Source: a virus
Length of the DNA stretch: 64,000 nucleotides
Reading direction: 5' to 3' (one strand)
Virus record (IMG/VR): IMGVR_UViG_3300018059_000546
A program made the position numbers and the translations under genes. Numbering within the stretch: position 1 is the stretch's first letter; the number at the start of each line of letters is the position of its first letter. This document shows positions 19,258-28,114 of this stretch, piece by piece. A model generated the notes under the pieces. That model did no database searches, was not told the DNA's origin, and worked only from the letters and a program-made list of their open reading frames with translations.

Positions 19258-20084
19258 ACGACCCTCTTCAAAATGTTGAAGCTCTCTCCAAGACGCTCAT
19301 GTTCTGCATCATGACATTTATCGCATAAAACGAGGCCAGAGATGTTTCTTTCTAGATGGATCTGTTCAATTTTCTGAGCAATCTTTGTCTTCAAAGCGAA
19401 GTCGTCCTGACCGGTGAATCCAAACTCATCTGAAGCTTCGTGAAGGATCGTAGCAAATCTCTCCCCATCATGGTGGACATGGAGATCTCCTGTCGTTTCG
19501 CAACGAGAACATTTGAAATTAGCTGCTTGGAGCTTGGGAAACTTCCAGGATTTGTAGAGAAGTGAATGGGCCAAACCAGCCAGCCGAGAATATCCTCCCT
19601 TCCACTGAGAATGATCAGATCCATAAAGGGTTGGAACTTTCCCACTCTTACGATTTTCTGACATAGACTTAGATCGTCTTTTGACCTCACTGGGATTTGA
19701 AAGAATCGCGATTGATCCACTTTGACCGTACTTGGCAATACGTTCGTCAGCTTCTTTCGTCAAACCCTTATTCCATGCTTCGAGCTCCCCATTCGCAAAA
19801 GCCTTTTTGCGAGATTCACTAAGCTTTTTGTTTCTTTCTTCTGGATTAGCTCCGGCAAAATTATTTTTCACGCGAGAAGCATGCCCATGAATGAACGGGT
19901 TATAGCCCTTTTTTATCCCACAGAATTTCGTTTCAATCTTGCAAGGGCATCCACAAAGTCCGGGACCGTGGATGGCATCCCATAATTCTTTTGCAGATTT
20001 CTTATGATGATGTTGAACATGAGCTCTAAACGAATTATCAAGGTTTCCCTCATACGAACAATCATCGAACGGACACTTAAACAT
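19254..20084 (-). CDS. HNH homing endonuclease
   Basis: N-terminal C2H2 and CGCPC motifs; AWNKGLTK; HSQWKGG; CSRC...LHVHH...GLVLCDKCHDAEH. GGAGG lies 5 nt before ATG 20084. Confidence 0.85.
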   Translation of the reverse strand: MFKCPFDDCSYEGNLDNSFRAHVQHHHKKSAKELWDAIHGPGLCGCPCKIETKFCGIKKGYNPFIHGHASRVKNNFAGANPEERNKKLSESRKKAFANGELEAWNKGLTKEADERIAKYGQSGSIAILSNPSEVKRRSKSMSENRKSGKVPTLYGSDHSQWKGGYSRLAGLAHSLLYKSWKFPKLQAANFKCSRCETTGDLHVHHDGERFATILHEASDEFGFTGQDDFALKTKIAQKIEQIHLERNISGLVLCDKCHDAEHERLGESFNILKRVV

Positions 20085-20086
20085 CA

Positions 20087-20146
20087 AATCCTCCCGGCCT
20101 TTTGCGACCTAGGAGGATTATACGATGTTAGTTTACGATTTGTAAA
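20087..20146 (-). promoter_or_regulatory. Sigma70-like promoter overlapping an RBS-sequestering hairpin
   Basis: Minus strand TTTACA-N18-TATAAT (20146-20117). The inverted repeat AATCCTCC...GGAGGATT (20087-20119) pairs with the Shine-Dalgarno sequence. Confidence 0.7.
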
Positions 20147-20166
20147 TTCGATTTAGCAGTTCACCC

Positions 20167-20189
20167 TAGGACTTGACATCGCAGTCCTA
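20167..20189 (-). terminator. Stem-loop downstream of the tail tube gene
   Basis: taggact-tgacatcgc-agtccta, nested in a longer imperfect repeat (ttcgatttagc/gccaaatcgaa). Confidence 0.4.
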
Positions 20190-20213
20190 CAATAGCCAAA
20201 TCGAATAATGACG

Positions 20214-20702
20214 TCAATATTGCAAAACAGCGATGTCAAATCGAAGTGAGAGCTCAATCATCTGCGGCTCACCGGTTTCGTAAGACAGCTCGCCGAAGTT
20301 GACGTTCTTGATCCAAACACCCTTGAGATCCCAGAGCTCGACCACGGTCCCGATCGGGTCCACGATCTTGATCTGAGCGTCTCGCTTGTAGAAGTCGGCG
20401 TAGCCTGCGCGACCCGACACAATCTCGAAGTGAAGACGGATCCACTCCATGACCTGCTGCGCACCCGAGGGAGCGATCGGATCGTGGAGAGTAACGGCCA
20501 TTTCCTTGAGCTTCGAAACGCCCATAACCCACCGGCGTGAGTTGACGAACGGGATTTCGTGCTCTTCGTGCTCGATTTCAGGACGAGCTGCCTTGCTCAT
20601 CAAGAAGGCGTCGATTCCTTCGATGGCAAAGATCCACTGATTCTTCCTCTTCGGCTCGAAGAGGTTAGGAAGCATAGATGATACACTAAGGGTTTCTGCC
20701 AT
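20214..20702 (-). CDS. gp19: Tail tube protein (T4 gp19-like)
   Basis: FEPKRKNQW...ARPEI...VTLHDPIAPSGAQQVMEWIRL...DFYKRD...VELWDLKG...FGELSY...LSLRFD. Confidence 0.92.
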   Translation of the reverse strand: MAETLSVSSMLPNLFEPKRKNQWIFAIEGIDAFLMSKAARPEIEHEEHEIPFVNSRRWVMGVSKLKEMAVTLHDPIAPSGAQQVMEWIRLHFEIVSGRAGYADFYKRDAQIKIVDPIGTVVELWDLKGVWIKNVNFGELSYETGEPQMIELSLRFDIAVLQY

Positions 20703-20767
20703 GGTCTTATCCGAAGCTTAAGTATACGATCTCTTGGATTGTAAACGATGAAGTTCTATTCGCATTT

Positions 20768-21190
20768 TCATGCTGGTTCCCACCCACGACCTGGATTCCA
20801 AATGAACTCTCTTTGCTCGGGTCGATTGTTGTGCATGTACCCTCGCAAATTTCCTTCGGAGTCTTCGTACCAGCTATCGTCGTCTTTGTTACTTCCTGGT
20901 ATGTCCAACCATTGCTCAGCAGCTTCGGGAAAACTCTGCGAGACGTGTTCCCAGTTGTCGTAATCTCCTCCAAAATCGGGCGGAAACCTTGGATGTTGAT
21001 CTACAATTGGCGAAGCAAAAGGGCTTTGTACGGCGTCTGCCTAGCGTTTGTTATACAATTTACAATCTGGATTTGGACATTCAATGTCGTGTAAGCCGAT
21101 GTGTGCTTCAGAATCTCCGCATCGAGGGCAGACAGATTCACGGAGCAGGACCCTGATTGCGCTTCGAACTTCTGATATTAGAATTTTCAT
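20768..21190 (-). pseudogene. Unannotated tagged Zn-ribbon gene interrupted by an in-frame TAG at codon 50 (pseudogene or readthrough)
   Basis: Manual translation: MKILISEVRSAIRVLLRESVCPRCGDSEAHIGLHDIECPNPDCKLYNKR*ADAVQSP...WNPGRGWEPA. ATGA-coupled to the upstream gene. The N-terminus is paralogous to 13877..14302. Confidence 0.75.
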
Positions 21191-21678
21191 TTGACGTCCT
21201 CGAATGTTTTATTCAGTTTGTCCCACCAAAATGAGAAGATACCGTAGTTCTTCCCCATGTCGACATGGTGGATCTTGTGCAGATTAATTAGCCTCTTCGT
21301 TCCCAGAATCCAATGGAACCAATGAGCCTTGAGATGGATCCAATCATGAATGAAGCTATGAAGGAGTCCCACACCCCCGATGACAAGCACTAGCCAAATA
21401 GCGGACATCCATCCGATGAGATCGGTGAACAGTGCAAGAAGAAGAGGTGAGCAGAGCAGCGGAAGTCCGATGGCAAGAAACGTCCATGTAGAATTATCCT
21501 TACCCGCGTCGCGATACGTTTCTGATGAGAAATTTGTGGGTGGATAAAGGACGAGATGGTGCATCATGTGCGCTCTATGAAGAACTCCCATCCACGACTG
21601 ATGTAGCGCTCGATGGAGCCAGTATCCGAATGCATCTGTCGTTACGATGGCAGCAACAGTTAGAATTGCTGTAATCAT
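21187..21678 (-). CDS. Fatty-acid hydroxylase/sterol desaturase family membrane protein
   Basis: His boxes YWLHRALH, HRAHMMHH, HDWIH and HKIHH, plus NYGI...WDKL and transmembrane segments. Confidence 0.85.
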   Translation of the reverse strand: MITAILTVAAIVTTDAFGYWLHRALHQSWMGVLHRAHMMHHLVLYPPTNFSSETYRDAGKDNSTWTFLAIGLPLLCSPLLLALFTDLIGWMSAIWLVLVIGGVGLLHSFIHDWIHLKAHWFHWILGTKRLINLHKIHHVDMGKNYGIFSFWWDKLNKTFEDVK

Positions 21679-22709
21679 TTTTTACCTCCAAGGTCTTGCC
21701 AAACTTGAAATGCTCGTTTGCGAAACCATTTTTCTGCTCGTTCAAGCTCAGCTTTACGATCCGGTTCTTTCGTTCTTTTTCCCTTGCGATCCCTACCCCG
21801 TAAAAGCATATTTGCGTGCATGCCCCAAGGAAATCTAAATTCTGGATTTGTTTCTTGTGCTGGTGTTGTTGCTTGCGGTTTCAAATAGCTTACAAGAACT
21901 TCAACAGTTGGAAATTTCTGTAAGAATGCTTCGGGGCGATCACCATATTTCGAATACAATTTCTCGAATTGCTGGATAAAAGTTCCTACAATTTCCTCGT
22001 AGTCGAACTCACTGCCACCTCTCGTAAAAAAATGTTTCACATGAGGACCAGTAGGAACTTTTCGGGCCGTAATAAGATGACCCACTTCATGAAACCAAGT
22101 CTCATGAGCATCATCTAACAATCGAGGCATCGCACGCACAAATCGTTGCAAACTCCACAATTTTTCTTCAGGAGAATATGGAATGAGTATCACATACTTG
22201 CGTTGGGATTCTGGCATATTAGGGATATTTTTGAGACGTTCTTTACTAGTTGTCTGCCCATAGAGTCTTCTTCCTATGAAGCTATCTGTCGGATTAGAAC
22301 TTTTGTACATCCCGTATGTTTCGTCTTCAGGAACTTCATTGTTCCTGAAGACGATGTCGACATTCATAAATTCAGGAATTCCAAGAAATTTTCCTGAGAT
22401 AATCCAGTCTTCGTCGTATTTTCCCTTCCGAATGGGAATGCTCTTTGGGTCTTGCTGCAATTTAGCAGCGAGGTCCTGCATCGAATCGAATGAATTTTGA
22501 GCAAATCGAGCGTGATCTGATATCACTTCTTGAAGAGTATGTTTGACAATTCGACGAATATCTTCCATCGTCATCGTTTCATCCTCTTTGTGTTTTTCAT
22601 CCTTACCAGTTTCATCTCCTGGAACAGGTTCGACACCACCACTCGAAATCTTGTTCAGTTCCGGATTGTCGACATGGAAATAGGACTCCCTAAATTTCTT
22701 GTGGGACAT
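21675..22709 (-). CDS. Protein with shared peptide and HExxH metallopeptidase-like motif
   Basis: TMEDIRRIVKHTLQE at residues ~47-61; WFHEVGHL...EFDYEE. Confidence 0.6.
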   Translation of the reverse strand: MSHKKFRESYFHVDNPELNKISSGGVEPVPGDETGKDEKHKEDETMTMEDIRRIVKHTLQEVISDHARFAQNSFDSMQDLAAKLQQDPKSIPIRKGKYDEDWIISGKFLGIPEFMNVDIVFRNNEVPEDETYGMYKSSNPTDSFIGRRLYGQTTSKERLKNIPNMPESQRKYVILIPYSPEEKLWSLQRFVRAMPRLLDDAHETWFHEVGHLITARKVPTGPHVKHFFTRGGSEFDYEEIVGTFIQQFEKLYSKYGDRPEAFLQKFPTVEVLVSYLKPQATTPAQETNPEFRFPWGMHANMLLRGRDRKGKRTKEPDRKAELERAEKWFRKRAFQVWQDLGGKK

Positions 22710-22780
22710 TACAAAATTCTCTTTAAGGGTGCAGCAGGAGCAATTTCAACGACTTGCATGTATTGTTAAGTACACATAAA

Positions 22781-23347
22781 ATGGAACTCTATTTCAGCAT
22801 TGATATCGAAGCCGACGGACCCGTCCCAGGAATGTATTCCATGCTCAGTCTGGGCGCTGCAGCATTCAAGATTGACGATGCTGGAAAGGGATCCATCGTC
22901 GGGACCTGGTCGTCGAACCTCGAAACCCTACCCGGAGCGGCGACAGATCCCGACACCATGAATTGGTGGTCCATGCAAAACGAAGCATGGATGGCAGTAC
23001 AGAAGGATAAGAAAGAACCGAAGAAAGCGATGAGAGAATTCATCGACTGGGTCAACTCTGTGTGCAAGGAGCACAATGCAAAGCCCGTCTTCGTAGCCTA
23101 CCCCGCAGGATTCGATTTCACCTTCGTATACTGGTACATGATCACCTTCGCAGGAGAGTCTCCATTCTCCTTCTCGTGCCTCGACATGAAGAGCTATGCG
23201 ATGGCGAAACTCAAAACAGACTTCCGAACTGTTATCAAGAGAAACATGCCCAAGGAATGGTTTTCTAAGAAGAACGAGCAGCCGCATGTGGCTCTAGAAG
23301 ATGCCATCGAACAAGGTTGGATGTTCGTGGAAATGATGAAAGCGTAA
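22781..23347 (+). CDS. DEDDh 3'-5' exonuclease (Rv2179c-like)
   Basis: SIDIEADGP, AGFDFTFV, CLDMKS, PHVALEDAIEQ. Confidence 0.85.
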   Translation: MELYFSIDIEADGPVPGMYSMLSLGAAAFKIDDAGKGSIVGTWSSNLETLPGAATDPDTMNWWSMQNEAWMAVQKDKKEPKKAMREFIDWVNSVCKEHNAKPVFVAYPAGFDFTFVYWYMITFAGESPFSFSCLDMKSYAMAKLKTDFRTVIKRNMPKEWFSKKNEQPHVALEDAIEQGWMFVEMMKA

Positions 23348-23350
23348 AGG

Positions 23351-24007
23351 TCAACCTTCGGGATGCTCGGTCACAGATCCTGCTTTTATCTTCTGATAAT
23401 GAAGGTCAAAAAATAACACTCCTACGTTGGCTGAAGTGGTACCTCCCGTTTTGTTCGTTTGGTACGTATCAGCAGCATCCGAAGAACCGGGTCTTTCAAC
23501 CTTGAACACCAAAATAGAACTATCACCGGCGTTGGCGGGAGGAACTATCGTTCCAAATGACATGACACGTTGCACATACTGATCAGCAGGAGTATAGGAC
23601 GCAGTCACAGATCCCGAAATCCAACCCGCAGCAGCAGGAAGAGTGCCAGACCCAACGATGCTCCATGAATAGACGTAGTCCATCTTTACATCACCGCTTC
23701 CCGAAGCCATCGGAATGAGATGCATATGGGGACGGATCGAGGTCGTGTTATCCCATGTATGAGGCATCTGATAGGTCATGAAAATGTTATCATCCTGGTT
23801 GCGACGAAAAAATCTCATGAAGTACCCGGTGTCTCGATAACCTTCGTACGTCAGAGCAGCAGGACCGGTTCCTTGGTCGATGAAAGCAATCAGATCATCC
23901 CATCGATCCTCGAAGACAGCATTCCGAAAATCGCGACCGGCCACGACAAACCCGTCTCCGTCTGCTTGAATGTCCAGTCCTTTGTCATTTGAAATAATGG
24001 TTCGCAT
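23351..24007 (-). CDS. Probable virion structural (beta-sandwich) protein
   Basis: FMTYQMPHTW...IRPHMH...DLHYQ; beta-rich with SGS motifs. Downstream of the sheath genes. Confidence 0.5.
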   Translation of the reverse strand: MRTIISNDKGLDIQADGDGFVVAGRDFRNAVFEDRWDDLIAFIDQGTGPAALTYEGYRDTGYFMRFFRRNQDDNIFMTYQMPHTWDNTTSIRPHMHLIPMASGSGDVKMDYVYSWSIVGSGTLPAAAGWISGSVTASYTPADQYVQRVMSFGTIVPPANAGDSSILVFKVERPGSSDAADTYQTNKTGGTTSANVGVLFFDLHYQKIKAGSVTEHPEG

Positions 24008-24053
24008 GTATCACCACAATGGGCTCAGAGCACCTCGAACACCTCGGACGAGG

Positions 24054-24392
24054 TTATTCCTTTTGAGCACGTTTGACCATCGCAACAACCAAAGAAACCA
24101 AGTCCGATCGAAAGTCATGATCCTTCGTGAGGAGCACTCCGACGATCTGTTCTGCCAACTTGCGAGCATCCGCACCTTCGGCCAGAGCGACGGCTTTTCG
24201 AACCTCGGGATTGCGAGCTGCGTGCACAGCAATTTCCCTAAGACCATCCAACATCGCATCCCCGATGAGCATCGATAGTTCGAGCCCGCCGTGTGAAGTT
24301 CTCTCTGTTAAAGTACGACGAAGCTCGCCTCTAATGACAGATCTAATCTCTGTTTCGGTGAGTTTCAGATCGTTCTTTTCGTTTTTTACCAT
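24054..24392 (-). CDS. Small protein with N-terminal shared peptide
   Basis: LKLTETEIRSVIRGEL...LTE. Confidence 0.65.
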   Translation of the reverse strand: MVKNEKNDLKLTETEIRSVIRGELRRTLTERTSHGGLELSMLIGDAMLDGLREIAVHAARNPEVRKAVALAEGADARKLAEQIVGVLLTKDHDFRSDLVSLVVAMVKRAQKE

Positions 24393-24757
24393 TCGCCGAA
24401 ATCTTTATCTTCCATTTCGAGCTCACGGGTGATGAGATTGACCTCAAGCCGAATGGCTTTCATGATCCTGTTGGAGATCCTATTTGATACTTCCATGTTG
24501 GTCCATTCATTTTCGGTCGACTGAGTGCTGTTCAGCAGAAGAGTCGATACCTGCTCGGTCACGGCGTCTACTAGATCGATCACAGATGACAGATCTAGCG
24601 GGCCAGACTCTGCAGGACCTCGGTTGGGAGATGCCTTCAGGCGCGTTTCAGAATCTTCCCTTGGAGGAAGCAGCTGATTTGTTTGAGCGAGCGGATTTTT
24701 CTTTCCGTCCAATTCTTCACGAATCAACTTCCTAAGTTCGGACTCGCTGAACTTCAT
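24386..24757 (-). CDS. Small protein with N-terminal shared peptide
   Basis: MKFSESELRKLIREEL. Confidence 0.7.
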   Translation of the reverse strand: MKFSESELRKLIREELDGKKNPLAQTNQLLPPREDSETRLKASPNRGPAESGPLDLSSVIDLVDAVTEQVSTLLLNSTQSTENEWTNMEVSNRISNRIMKAIRLEVNLITRELEMEDKDFGEW

Positions 24758-24760
24758 TTA

Positions 24761-27700
24761 TCAGCCTCCGGTTGCGCGGTTGGTGATGATGAAGTCAAGA
24801 GTGACGAATTCGATCGTTCTGGTCGGAACCACGAAGATCTTACCTCGAATCGTGTTGTTCTCGATATCGATCTGCGAGGTCGTAGTGGCATCAATCTGAA
24901 CCTTGTAGTTCGTAAGACCGAACTGCTTCCTGATCTTTGCAAGTTTCGGTTCGACGGCCGAAGAGAAGCGAGCAAGGGTGGATTCACGGTTGGGCTCGAA
25001 GAGGATTGTGTTGCCAACGTCTCTAACCTGTCGACGAATCTCAATGAGAAGTCGACGAACGTTGACCCGATCCAGCGCGGAGGCGAGTTGGTATAGAGTA
25101 CGTTGTCCCCACACTACGACTCCACCCTGCGCTTGCGTGCCGGGAGGTGAGGTGGATGGAAAGGCAACTAACGGATTGATGTTGGCATCGTAGAGCGTAT
25201 CCAGGTTATCCTTCGACAGACGAACCTTAGCTTCGTTCGTCGTAGAAAGAGCTCCTCGAGTGAATCCTGCAGGAGCGAACCAGGGATGTGCGATCCTATC
25301 GTTCAGAGAGAAGGCTCCGAGAACAACGACAGAAGGAGGAACGACCACGTTAGTCCGAGTGTTGGGATCCTGGACCACAACGTCGGGGTAGTAGGCTGCC
25401 GCGAAGGAGGTGTTCAGAGCACGATTCTTGAAGGCGATCGTAGTGTTAGTTACGCTGGGCGACTGGATGCTGCTAGTAACGACAGTATTAACCGTGTCGT
25501 ACTCCAGAATGTCCATGATGTACAGAGCATCGAACCTGTCCTCGATAGTAGAGACAGCAGTGTCAGTTACGACAGACTGCCGAATCCCGGGAATGGCGAG
25601 GAGTTTGACATCGACGTCGGACTTGTTCCTGATGACTGCAAGAGCCTTCAGGTAGGCCGAGACGGACGGACCCAAGGTCAATCCTCGATTGCTGTCGTCC
25701 ATATCACCCTTGACAGCGACGTCCGTGAGTTCGGATTCGTTCTGATCGAAAATGTTCGTTCCATCGAACCCGCCCTGCATAAAGGTCGTGAATTTAGCGA
25801 ACCGTCTGTTGGATGGTGTCGCAAGGTCGTTGACGGTCAGGGCACGGGTCTTATTGGGTTCGTCTGCAGAGATGAGACCGCTTCGAACGTACCGTGCCTG
25901 TTCCCACTTCTGGGTGTCAGCGAGGGTATCAGAACCGGTAACGACGAGCACGTTCTCAAGAGAGAATCTGTTGTAATTGAATCTGTCCGCGTCCACAATT
26001 CCGTTCGCGGCAGTCGCCGAAGCACCGATCTGGCCACCTTCGACGACGTCCATCGTAGAAACCATGAAATCAGGCATGTACTTGGCGAAGCTCTTGATAG
26101 ACTCATTCTTCGAGTTAGTGGAGTTCGGAGTATCGATTGTGTTGACTTGTTCGAATTGCACGCCCCAGTAGAGAAGAGAGTTAGCAAGCTTCTTGTCTGC
26201 CGAACCGTCTGCCACTGATTGGCGATACGGAACCGGAGGCTGGACCGCTCGTTTGAGTGCACCATTGACGATGAGTTCGTTCGTGAGTTCAGTCGGGCTG
26301 GTCAGAGGAGCAGACCCAGAAGTTACGAGGTGGGCCGGTCCGCGGAATCCCATTGGAAGTCCGACTGGATTAGATTCACCACTATCAACAGAAGTGTCGA
26401 GTTCGACTCTGATGTAGTTCGAACGGTTCGGATAGTTGCCTTCGATAGCAAGTTTCTGAGAAGCTGTTGTCTTGTCGAAGTCGAAGTAGACATTCTGGTC
26501 TCCGACGAGTTTACCGATGAATCGATCTGAAGAAGGATTCAAAGTAGCCCCTCTGAAGGTTTCGAAAATTCTCGGAGCCGAATCGCTGTCAGCCCAATCT
26601 CTAACCACGAGATCGAACGTACCGTAGAGATCCGACGCATTCACTGCGGGTGAAATATTCTCGATGGAGATCTTGATAGCTACGCTAACTCCAGTGCCGT
26701 CGTCGAGAGCGTGAATTCTAAAGAGATTAGCAGGAGATCCACCAAATTTTTGAGAGATGATCCAAGGAGTTACCGCGTGGCGGAAACGATCTTCGAAGTT
26801 CTCGTAATCGGGTACAGTCGCCGAACCAACATCTCTTCCAAGAGATCCTGTCGTGAGGAATGCTGCTGCTTCAGTACCGGATTTCCGAGTTGCGGTTCCG
26901 TTTGCACCTTGCGAACCGGAAATGAGACCTGTGCCAGTGACAACAGCAAGGGTAGGATGAATATCCCAGTACGCGTACAGATAGTGACCTGCTTGCTGAA
27001 GCTTGTATGGGTCAGTGTTGAAGACGTTGGGAAAGTAGTTTGGTGCCGTGATATCGAACGATGCAGAAAGCACATTAGGATACCGAGCGTCCAGACCTTT
27101 GTGCCCGTTCAGTAACATCGTGAACTGCTGCTTCGCTTGCGAGTTTTCCAGAAGGATGACTGCACCCAACTGAGAACCGGATGAGAATGCGTCCGATGCA
27201 ACGAATGTTGACGCCGGAGCGGCGCTGTCACCGAGGAGAGATCCTCCGAGGCTACCTGTTTGCGAAGAAGATAGACGAAGGATGACACCAGAAGCTGCCA
27301 TCAACATTCCACGGACGATTGGAAGGGACGATGAAATTCCAGGCGTGATGCTTCCAGTTCCCTGGAGACCAGCTGCAGAAAACACGGTTGATCCGATGGA
27401 CTCGGACATGAAACATCCGATGAAGTATGTACGTCCCAAAGGGCCACCCGGATTAGCGTACGGGTTCTGTGCTAGAATACCCGCATCGTTCGGCTGCTGT
27501 TCGCCGACAACGAAACCGGCGCTCGCAACTTTTCCAGCGGTCACACCGCTCGTGGTTCTTTTACTGCCATCTCCAACACCGAGAACTCGGAGGAAGGTGA
27601 GGGACTGCGCATTCCGTAACCATTCGACAGCTGCAAGGGGAGCGAATTTCTTCCCATCGGATTTACCGAACTTGGCATAGAAATCGCTGAGCAGACCGAT

Positions 27701-27841
27701 CGTTACGGGAACGTACGCAGGACCCTTGACAGCAGTGCCAATGACCGCCGCAGGAATTCCCACAGGGGACGCTTGTGTCGGTCCCGAGAGGTCAACCTCA
27801 CGAGTAGAGACGCCTGCACTACCAAATTTTGTCTGTCCCAT
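24761..27841 (-). CDS. gp18: Tail sheath protein 1 (gp18-like)
   Basis: SAGVSTREVDLS...IGTAVKGPAYVP...PWFAPAGFTRG...INPL...VVVWGQRTL...ALDRVNVRRLL...FEPN...PTRTIEFVTLDFII. Confidence 0.93.
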   Translation of the reverse strand: MGQTKFGSAGVSTREVDLSGPTQASPVGIPAAVIGTAVKGPAYVPVTIGLLSDFYAKFGKSDGKKFAPLAAVEWLRNAQSLTFLRVLGVGDGSKRTTSGVTAGKVASAGFVVGEQQPNDAGILAQNPYANPGGPLGRTYFIGCFMSESIGSTVFSAAGLQGTGSITPGISSSLPIVRGMLMAASGVILRLSSSQTGSLGGSLLGDSAAPASTFVASDAFSSGSQLGAVILLENSQAKQQFTMLLNGHKGLDARYPNVLSASFDITAPNYFPNVFNTDPYKLQQAGHYLYAYWDIHPTLAVVTGTGLISGSQGANGTATRKSGTEAAAFLTTGSLGRDVGSATVPDYENFEDRFRHAVTPWIISQKFGGSPANLFRIHALDDGTGVSVAIKISIENISPAVNASDLYGTFDLVVRDWADSDSAPRIFETFRGATLNPSSDRFIGKLVGDQNVYFDFDKTTASQKLAIEGNYPNRSNYIRVELDTSVDSGESNPVGLPMGFRGPAHLVTSGSAPLTSPTELTNELIVNGALKRAVQPPVPYRQSVADGSADKKLANSLLYWGVQFEQVNTIDTPNSTNSKNESIKSFAKYMPDFMVSTMDVVEGGQIGASATAANGIVDADRFNYNRFSLENVLVVTGSDTLADTQKWEQARYVRSGLISADEPNKTRALTVNDLATPSNRRFAKFTTFMQGGFDGTNIFDQNESELTDVAVKGDMDDSNRGLTLGPSVSAYLKALAVIRNKSDVDVKLLAIPGIRQSVVTDTAVSTIEDRFDALYIMDILEYDTVNTVVTSSIQSPSVTNTTIAFKNRALNTSFAAAYYPDVVVQDPNTRTNVVVPPSVVVLGAFSLNDRIAHPWFAPAGFTRGALSTTNEAKVRLSKDNLDTLYDANINPLVAFPSTSPPGTQAQGGVVVWGQRTLYQLASALDRVNVRRLLIEIRRQVRDVGNTILFEPNRESTLARFSSAVEPKLAKIRKQFGLTNYKVQIDATTTSQIDIENNTIRGKIFVVPTRTIEFVTLDFIITNRATGG

Positions 27842-27861
27842 GCTGTTTCCTTAGATCACCC

Positions 27862-28110
27862 TTAAGTATCGTCATCATCTGGTATGTGCTTCCACGTTTT
27901 AAACATGGCAATATTGCAGACAGATATCGGTGTTGAACCTATTGTATTTGCCCATCGTTGACAAAATTCTAATCGTGGAGAGCCATACCAACGATTTCCA
28001 GGATTTCCTAAGCCCGCAGCTTTCCATTCTTTTCTGATTTGGCGAACAACTTGTTCGGTGAACTTTGAGCTACCGCAACGTTCTCCTTTAGGGTGGCTAG
28101 CCTCTATTGG
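27862..28110 (-). pseudogene. Homing endonuclease C-terminal HTH remnant
   Basis: Start-less frame PKGERCGSSKFTEQVVRQIRKEW...CNIAMFKTWKHI, resembling the AKLTE..V..I...TW.H tail of 13083..13856. Confidence 0.6.
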
Positions 28111-28114
28111 TTAT

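Noticed and set aside
20707-21094. ORF-track calls 20707..20973(-), 20748..20963(+) and 20813..21094(+)
   Set aside because: Better explained by the amber-interrupted frame 21190..20768, which has a coupled start and a paralogue.
22709-22759. 16-codon minus-strand uORF (MQVVEIAPAAPLKRIL) between a TACTTA motif and the HExxH gene
   Set aside because: The TAATG overlap is suggestive, but the ORF is too short to support without conservation data.
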